A stretch of DNA of 8,565 nucleotides from Fonticula alba ATCC 38817 (taxonomy: Eukaryota; Protista; Nucleariida). Position numbers and translations under genes: made by a program. The DNA lies in NCBI GenBank assembly GCA_000388065.2, contig KB932204.1. The stretch is one strand, 5' to 3'. This document shows positions 1-6,103 of this stretch, piece by piece (position 1 is the stretch's first letter; each line of letters starts with the position of its first letter). The notes under the pieces are model-generated. The model saw nothing but the letters and a program-made list of their open reading frames with translations, made no database searches and was not told the DNA's origin.

Positions 1-430
1 GCCCCCCTCGCCTCGGGCCGGCTGGACGCGATCGCGCGAACGCGTGCGTGTGTACATTCACTTGACCGTTGGCGGCCCCCGCCCGACTGGCGGCCAGTTT
101 CGGGAGAGAAATACACCCATCGCCGGCATCTTAGGCTCCTGGGGTGGCCCCGCGGATCCCGCCACGCTCGAACACCGCCCCGGCACCAAACCACCCCCCT
201 CCACCATCCGGGGGGGGGGGGGGCGAGGAGGCAGGAAGGCTCCAAGAACAGAGACGGGCGACGGGGGCCAGATCAAAAGGCCCATACTTGGATCGCCATC
301 TCCCGGGGCGCGCGACCACAACCCCTCCAGCCCTCCCTCCCCCCTCCTCCTCCCCTCTTCGCGTCGTCGTGCCTCCCTGCTCTGCCCCCCTTGTCCTTCT
401 CTCCGAGCTTCCACCGTTCCCCCCTCCCCC

Positions 431-439
431 GCCACCATG
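431..439 (+). promoter_or_regulatory. Kozak-type initiation context gccaccATG of the kinase gene
   Basis: GCCACCATG directly precedes the signal peptide; the upstream in-frame extension from GTG 44 is low-complexity and has no ATG. Confidence 0.8.
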
Positions 440-505
440 CTCCCGGCCCGGGGCCTCCTGCTGGCGGCCTTCCTGGTCGCAGCCTTGGCCGCTGCCGCCC
501 TGGCT
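437..505 (+). other. Signal peptide (MLPARGLLLAAFLVAALAAAALA|GE)
   Basis: Basic Arg5, Leu/Ala-rich core and an A-x-A cleavage motif at residues 21-23; cleavage site judged by eye. Confidence 0.8.
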
Positions 506-672
506 GGCGAGCCTGGCAAGCTGCTCTGGCTCGGTGCGTTCCCCCTGCCATGCCCTTGGGACTGGCCCCGGCCGGCCGGGGCCTGTACAGACACCCATGC
601 ATTGCCTGCCAGTTACCATGTCCTCCACGACGCTGCTTTTTCTCACCGAATCTGTTCGCCCCATCCCCCCTC

Positions 673-723
<51 letters not shown>

Positions 724-3700
724 CGAAACGGTCTACGGCTTCCAATGGCAGCCGGACGCCGGCATCTTCGGATGCGCCCCCTCATACTCGGCCCTCGAAG
801 TGGCCGGCTTCTCGGTGTGCATCCCTGTCGTCTCTGGCAGCACCTACATGTGCCCACCACTCCATGTGCTCGATGGGGAATACTGCCGGCCGGTGGCAGC
901 CATCCCGCCCGGGTACTTTGCCGACCCCGCGGGCAACCTCGCCCCCTGCCTGGAGATGGAGCCCGACGTGCCGGATTTCCGGTACATGGATGCCGAGTGC
1001 GAAAGTCACCTCGACGAGAACAACGAATTTTCCCTCATCTTCACCCGCTGCCCGGTGGGCCATGTTCCCCGCGATGGGCAGTGCATGTTTGCCTACTGCC
1101 AGAGTGTGCAAGATTGCCACGGCCGCGTGGCCGGCTGCCTGAGTTGCCCGGAAGGCCGCCTGCTCACCAGGCAGGGCTTCTGCATTGAGAGCGGGATGTG
1201 CAAAAAGGCCGACAGGCAGTACTGCCTCGAATTCGACATCAACCGGCTGCCCTACGACGACATTCCCATGGGATACGCGTGCCCGGAGCCGGGCCCCGGC
1301 GAGTTGATGGCCCGACGCGCCATCGACCCCCCGGCATCGATGGCCTCCGACATCGTCACCGACAATCCCCACTGCCTGACGGCCATCGGGCCCTTCTCCT
1401 TCCACTGTCTCACCTGCCGGCTGGGAATGTCGCTGGTGCCGACCGACGATCCGACCGAGGCCGGCGGCCAGCCGGTGGGCCGGTGCCTGGAGCGCTGCCC
1501 GGCCGGGCGCTTCCTCAATGCCCAGGGCATTTGCCAGGCCTGCCCGAGCAATTGCGCCCGGTGCGAAGAGCCCACCCGGTGCCTGCAGTGCCTTCGGTCG
1601 CACTTCCTGATGGACGGGGTCTGCCAGGGCACCCAGCCGGACTGTCCGCCGGGGACGGCCTACGAGTTGGTCCCTGGCCGGTGCACCGCCTGCGGCAATC
1701 CCCACTGCAGCGAGTGCATGGACAACTTCCCGGATGTGTGCCTGGCTTGCGAGCCGGGACACATCCTGGCCGGGGGTGACTGCCTGCCGGCCAATGGGGG
1801 CTGTGAGCCGGGCTTCCGGCTGAATGAAGCCAGCCCCAGCATGCCGGCTGGCACCCTGTGCGTGGCTTGCCCCATCGGCTGTGACACATGTCAAAACAGT
1901 GGGTCTTGCGTGGTCTGCTCGCGGGGGTTCGCCCTGAGCCCGGCCTCGGACAATTCGAACTTCATGCAGTGCGTCCATGCGGGCTGTCCCTTCGGGCACT
2001 TCCGGCTGCCGGATGCCCCGGCCGGTAGCCCGTGCCTGCCCTGCAACTCCTCATGCCACGGATGCAACCCGGATACCGGGTCCTGTCTCAGCTGCAAGTC
2101 GTCCTTCCTGCTGGCCGAGGTGGCCGATGGCACGTCGGCCAGTGGCACCCCCCCTCCCCCGGCCACTCCTCACATGGATTGCCTGGAAACCTGCCCCCCG
2201 GGAACCGGCCCGCTCATGGGCCGCTGTCGCCCCTGCCAGGATGCCGGGTGCGGTGATTGCCATCTGTCGAGCGCCTTTTGCATGGTGTGCGCCGCGGGCT
2301 TTGTCCACTCGCCGGATCGGGAATCCTGCATGACCGCCTGTCCGGGCGGCCATTTCCCGGAGACCGTGGCCCTTCCTTCGGGGTCGGATTTGCACTACTG
2401 CTCGGCCTGCCCGGCCTCTTGTGTTTCCTGCTCCGGGCCTTCCTTCGACCAGTGCACCGCCTGCCAGGCTTCGCGGCTTTTCGTGGCATCCCCGTCGGCC
2501 AGCTCGACGGCGGCCACCACCCTGTCCTTGGATCCGCCGCAGGATGCCTTGAGCACCACGGTGACCGGGCACTGTGCGTGGGAGTGCCCGGGCCTGGGCT
2601 TCTTCGAGACCGGGTCTCTGTGCCTCAAGTGCCCGGATGACTGTCGGGAATGCACATGGGCCGGTGACGGTCCGACGGGGCAGCCCACCGCAGCCCCGCT
2701 GGACTCGCCGCCTCGGCTCAAGTGCACCAGGTGTGCCATCAATTTCCTGCATGCGGGTGCCTGCGTGGCCGCCTGCCCGATGGACACCTATTCCTACAAC
2801 GCCACGTGCTTGCCCTGCCACGAGGATTGCATCTCCTGCGATGGGCCCCTCCGCCAGGACTGTCGCATTTACACCGACGAGCGTGCGTCCTCCCTGCCTG
2901 GCCATCCTGCGTGTGCTTTTGCCCGGCCCGGGATCGGTCACCTTACGGGCGGGCGAGTGGGCGGCGGCCTGTTGACACAGGCACATGCGCACATCCGACA
3001 TGGTTGGAGGCCTGTCTCTTGTCCCTGCGGTCGCGCCATTGCTGCCATTGCTGCTCCTGCTCCTGCTCCTCCTTGACCCTGACACATGGTGCCCCTGCGC
3101 TCCTCTCTCTCTCTCTCTCTCCTGCCCCTTGTCTGTGCCCATGTATGTGTCGTGTGCCGCCGGCGTGGCCAGTGTCCTCCTCCTCGTCGCTCATCATTGC
3201 CCTCATGGTGACCATCATCATCTTGCTGATTGTGGCCGTGGTGGTGGGCGTGGCTTTCGCCATGCTGCGCTGGTGGCGGCGGCAGCATCTCCGCCAAACC
3301 GAGGCCCACAAGCTCGGCATGGATGGGTACTCCATGGCGGACTCCGGGACCAGCGGCTCGGACTCGCAGCTGGACCAGGAAATGACCGTGCTCAACACCG
3401 ACCTGGAGCTCTCGCTGCCGGGGTCCGTGTGCTTGGATTTCGTGGATGACATCCGCATTGTCGATCAGTTCGGCCGCCAGGTGGATTTGGACCAGCAGGA
3501 GGAGGAGGAGGAGGACCCGACCGTGGCTGCGGCCGCCGGTGATCCCCTCCCGGAGCCCGTGTCTCTGGACCCCACCAGTAAGAAGATCCTGGACAACCTG
3601 GAGCTCAGCGGCATCAAGCCCCTGGGTCGGGGCGGCCAGGCCCGCATCTACTCGTGCCATGTGCTGAACGAGCCCATCAACCAGCGCTTCAATGTGGATC

Positions 3701-5196
3701 AGGCCGTGGTGAAGATCTTCAATGGTATGTGTGCCGGGGGTCATTTTCTCCATGGTTTTGGTGGGGTTTTTTTTTCTTTCCCATGGTCCTCCCTCTCTCT
3801 CTCTCTCTGGCATACATCCCTCTCGCAAGAGCGTGGAGGGGAGGTATCCCGCGTGCCTTTCTTCCGTCCCCTTCCTCCCTCTCTTTCGCTCTCTGTTCCC
3901 CTCTGCCGTGTGACACTGACCATGCCATGTCCCTTGTGGCTTGTTGGATGCCGCCCGGGGGCGTCGCACGCCATCACAGTGCCTGGCCCGAATGCCCCGG
4001 CCAAGGCGGCCATCCAGGCGCGCGTACAGCGCAACAATGAAATCGCCATCATGTGGGCCCTATCGGACAAGCCGGGCATCGCGCGCATGATCGGCTATTG
4101 CATGACCCCGCCGTGCCTGGTGATGCAGTACTACACCAGCGACCTGCGCACGCTCATTCGCGATTCCAAAACCCGCCTCAATGAGCAGCTCATCCTCAGC
4201 CTCAGCCTGCAGATTGGTACGAGACCTTGCTCTCCTACCGGAGGGGGAGTCCCCCGCCCATGGTGTTCCCGCCCGACTTCCTCCACACGCAAACACACAC
4301 ACACACACACGCACGCACGCGCACGCCCGCACGCACTTCATGCCCCGACCAATTGACTGACCATGGAACTGCTCGCTGCCCGGGCCCGCCGCTGATGCGC
4401 GTGCCGCTCCCAGTGGCCGGTGTGCATACCATCCATGCGGCCGGCATCGCCCATTGCGATCTGAAGCCCAGTAACATCTTCCTCGGGAGCACGGTCGGCG
4501 GCGATCCGTCCGCCATCCGGGCCTTTATCGGGGACTTCGGCGTGGCGCGCAACATCAATGTCCCCTCGGCCCTGACCATCGAGGATCGCGCAGGCGTGCA
4601 TGGGCTCTCCGCGCGCTACGCCGCTCCCGAGCTGCTGATTGCCCATCGAAAGCGCATCATGGTCGAGGAGGAGGCCCGCCGGCCGGCCGACATCTACGCT
4701 CTGGGGATGCTGCTGTCGGAGCTGCTCACCCGTCGGCCATCATGGAAGGGTGCGTGCGCGTGAGCCTGCGCCTATACACCTCCGTCTCGGTTGACCTGCT
4801 GCTTTCTGCCCAGGATCCGCGCCTGCCCCTGCGAGAGGGGCTTTTTCTGTGCCTCCCCCTTTGTTGCCCCCTCCGCCCGGCCGAGCCCCTGCCCCGTGCG
4901 CCATGCCACCACTGACCCCTTCTCACCATCCCTGTCCCTTGCCAACAGGCGTTCCGCCCCGGGCACTTTTCGAGCGGGTCCTCAGTGGCGAGCGCCCGCC
5001 GCTGCTCCCCCTGCAATCGGACCTGGAGCTCAGCTCCAAGCTCATCGGCCAGCTGGCGTCGGTGGTCGATCAGGCTTGGGATGCCTGGCCCGACCGTCGG
5101 CCCTCGGCCGACCAGATTCTCAACCACCTGCGCATGATCAGCCGGCCGGAGTGGATGGCCAATCTTGCTGGGCAAATGTCCGGTCCCGGGCACTGA
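437..5196 (+). CDS. Cysteine-rich (furin-like repeat) single-pass receptor-like Ser/Thr kinase, TKL-type, non-RD; join(437..533,723..2882,3173..3724,3980..4216,4414..4749,4949..5196), 1209 aa
   Basis: ATG in gccaccATG context followed by a hydrophobic leader. Five GT-AG introns with matching phases join ORF-track frames 44..3076, 2722..4356, 4227..4763 and 4849..5196 into 3630 nt. Spliced product shows CxxCxxxCxxC repeats, a TM helix and ordered kinase motifs LGRGGQARIY, AVVK, alphaC Glu (NNE), HCDLKPSN, DFG, YAAPE, DIYALG, DRRPS. Confidence 0.9.
534..722 (+). other. Kinase intron 1 (189 nt, phase 1)
   Basis: G|GTGCGT donor, (CA)18G acceptor; splicing rebuilds G|GC Gly and removes low-complexity HT-repeat read-through. 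Confidence 0.8.
672..721 (+). repeat. (GC)n-(CA)18 alternating purine-pyrimidine microsatellite
   Basis: cgcgtgcgcgcgcg followed by (CA)18 at 686-721, ending in the acceptor AG. Confidence 0.95.
1496..2863 (+). other. Array of 8 furin-like Cys-rich repeats (7 with 8 Cys, last with 6 Cys)
   Basis: Cores CQACPSNCARC, CTACGNPHCSEC, CVACPIGCDTC, CLPCNSSCHGC, CRPCQDAGCGDC, CSACPASCVSC, CLKCPDDCREC, CLPCHEDCISC, most preceded by a C-P/E-x-G-like motif; degenerate copies lie upstream; N-glycosylation sequons NSS and NAT. Confidence 0.85.
2883..3172 (+). other. Kinase intron 2 (290 nt, phase 1)
   Basis: C|GTGCGT donor, CTGAC at 3079-3083, (CT)9 tract, first downstream AG at 3171-3172; joins ectodomain to the TM exon in frame. 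Confidence 0.8.
3103..3120 (+). repeat. (CT)9 microsatellite / polypyrimidine tract
   Basis: Read directly from the sequence in intron 2. Confidence 0.9.
3190..3267 (+). other. Transmembrane helix
   Basis: LIIALMVTIIILLIVAVVVGVAFAML (26 aa) followed by basic RWWRR (positive-inside rule). Confidence 0.92.
3725..3979 (+). other. Kinase intron 3 (255 nt, phase 1)
   Basis: G|GTATGT donor, (CT)8 at 3793-3808, CTGAC 3916-3920, CAG acceptor; removal restores beta3-Lys to alphaC-Glu spacing. Confidence 0.85.
4217..4413 (+). other. Kinase intron 4 (197 nt, phase 1)
   Basis: G|GTACGA donor, CTGAC 4357-4361, CAG acceptor; gives LQI-V-AGVHTIHAAGIAHCD and accounts for the frame change. Confidence 0.88.
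4293..4326 (+). repeat. (AC)9 plus GCAC-type alternating repeat
   Basis: Read directly from the sequence in intron 4. Confidence 0.9.
4750..4948 (+). other. Kinase intron 5 (199 nt, phase 1)
   Basis: G|GTGCGT donor, CTGAC 4912-4916, CAG acceptor; gives RRPSWK-G-VPPRALFERVLSGERP. Confidence 0.88.
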
Positions 5197-5243
5197 TGGA
5201 GGTGGTGGTGCTGCCCCCCTGTGCGGGTTTACCTGCGTGCATC

Positions 5244-5274
5244 TGCACGCGTGCGCACACACACATACACACGC
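5244..5274 (+). repeat. Alternating (GC)/(CA) tract downstream of the kinase stop
   Basis: tgcacgcgtgcgcacacacacatacacacgc, 31 nt of pyrimidine-purine alternation. Confidence 0.8.
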
Positions 5275-5606
5275 TCATTGGGCTGAAGGACGGCGGGTAG
5301 GCAGGGCCAGGGGGGGGGGACGGAGGATGCGAGTAGGCACCGGATAGCGCAACCGCACGAGCCCCATGTCACACATACACACGTGTCTGCATCCTCCCTC
5401 TGCCTCCTCCCTCCCCCCCCCCCCTCCCCTTCCTCCCCCACCCCCGGGAGTCGAGGCAAAGCTTCCCCACGATGTAGTCAGTGGCTCGCATCTGCCTGTC
5501 CCCCGCCCCCGCCATCCCCCTCGAGTGTGTGTGTCCTTGGGAATAGCATGCGCCTGCACGCCGGCAAAAGAGAGGCGGGGCAACCCCATCGGACTCAAAC
5601 AATCAA

Positions 5607-5613
5607 TATATAA
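5607..5613 (+). promoter_or_regulatory. TATATAA in an AT-rich intergenic island (TATA box for the Rag gene or 3'-end signal for the kinase gene)
   Basis: Lies in aaacaatcaatatataaccaacaaat, the only clearly AT-rich patch between the genes; role not determinable from sequence. Confidence 0.3.
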
Positions 5614-5956
5614 CCAACAAATGTGCATACCGTGCTCTTCCTGTGCCAGGCGGCCGGAAGGGGGGGGGGCGCCGTGTCGCGAAGTCCTGGCCGCCGAGGA
5701 GCATGGCGCAGAGCCAGCACCCGGAGGAGGGCGCTCCTCTCTCATGTGCAGGCCGGGAGAGGGATCCCGCAGGCTTGCAGCCCGATCTGCCCGAATCTCA
5801 GTGGGCCTGGGGCCGAGAGCGACGTGAAAATGCCGGAGACAAGAACGATCGGCTGCCCGCGGAGAGTGATCACGCGCACATCACGCCGTCTCGGGGTATT
5901 CATCGGCGCCCCGGCCCCCAGCCGGGGGCAAGGCCACCGAAGGCACAACACCTTCT

Positions 5957-5982
5957 CCCCCCCCCCCCCCCCCCCCCCCCCC
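5957..5982 (+). repeat. C26 homopolymer upstream of the Rag gene
   Basis: Read directly; other long runs are G14 (210-223), G10 (5310-5319), C12 (5413-5424), G10 (5660-5669), C12 (6128-6139), C17 (6307-6323). Confidence 0.9.
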
Positions 5983-6103
5983 ATCTCTCCCCGCCCACAT
6001 CCCTCAGCCGTCTCCTCCCCCCTCCGCCCCTCTGTCCTCTCCCCTTCCGCCTTTGATCTGATCCTCACGCCACCAGCGCGCAATCAACGGTCCCGATCCG
6101 CCC

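Larger units (their letters stand above)
3622..5133 (+). other. Protein kinase domain split across exons 3-6
   Basis: G-loop 3625-3642, beta3 Lys 3712-3714, HCDLKPSN 4452-4475, DFG 4533-4541, APE 4623-4631; DLKxxN indicates Ser/Thr-type rather than Tyr-type. Domain end is approximate. Confidence 0.92.

Noticed and set aside
44-436. 131-codon N-terminal extension of the kinase ORF from GTG 44
   Set aside because: No ATG, low-complexity Pro/Gly read-through of GC-rich upstream DNA; the signal peptide and Kozak context mark ATG 437.
589-590. Alternative in-frame acceptor (TACAG) in kinase intron 1
   Set aside because: Would give a 57-nt intron, much shorter than the other nine, and keep the CA repeat as coding; cannot be excluded without RNA data.
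1858-2579. Extra GTGCGT hexamers inside exon 2 (1858, 1969, 2574)
   Set aside because: They arise from Cys codons; the reading frame and Cys spacing are continuous across them. Only 2574 is phase-compatible with acceptor 3172 and it would leave an odd Cys count.
2979-2980. Alternative in-frame acceptor in intron 2 adding a CCHCCSCSC-containing segment
   Set aside because: The added 64 aa are translated simple repeats and include the better branch point and (CT)9 tract of the 3172 acceptor.
782-3969. Long minus-strand ORFs (782..1999, 2051..3142, 2938..3969), and likewise 6978..8267
   Set aside because: Antisense shadows of high-GC3 coding sequence; Arg/Gly/Ala-rich with no recognisable motifs.
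4452-4631. Receptor tyrosine kinase (EGFR/insulin-receptor-like) call suggested by furin repeats
   Set aside because: Catalytic loop is DLKPSN, not DLAARN/DLRAAN, and subdomain VIII lacks the PxxW motif; dual specificity is not excluded.
5197-6103. Functional linkage (operon-like system) between the receptor kinase and the Rag GTPase
   Set aside because: Only adjacency supports it; eukaryotic neighbours are usually unrelated and no shared element is visible. Conserved synteny or co-expression would be needed.
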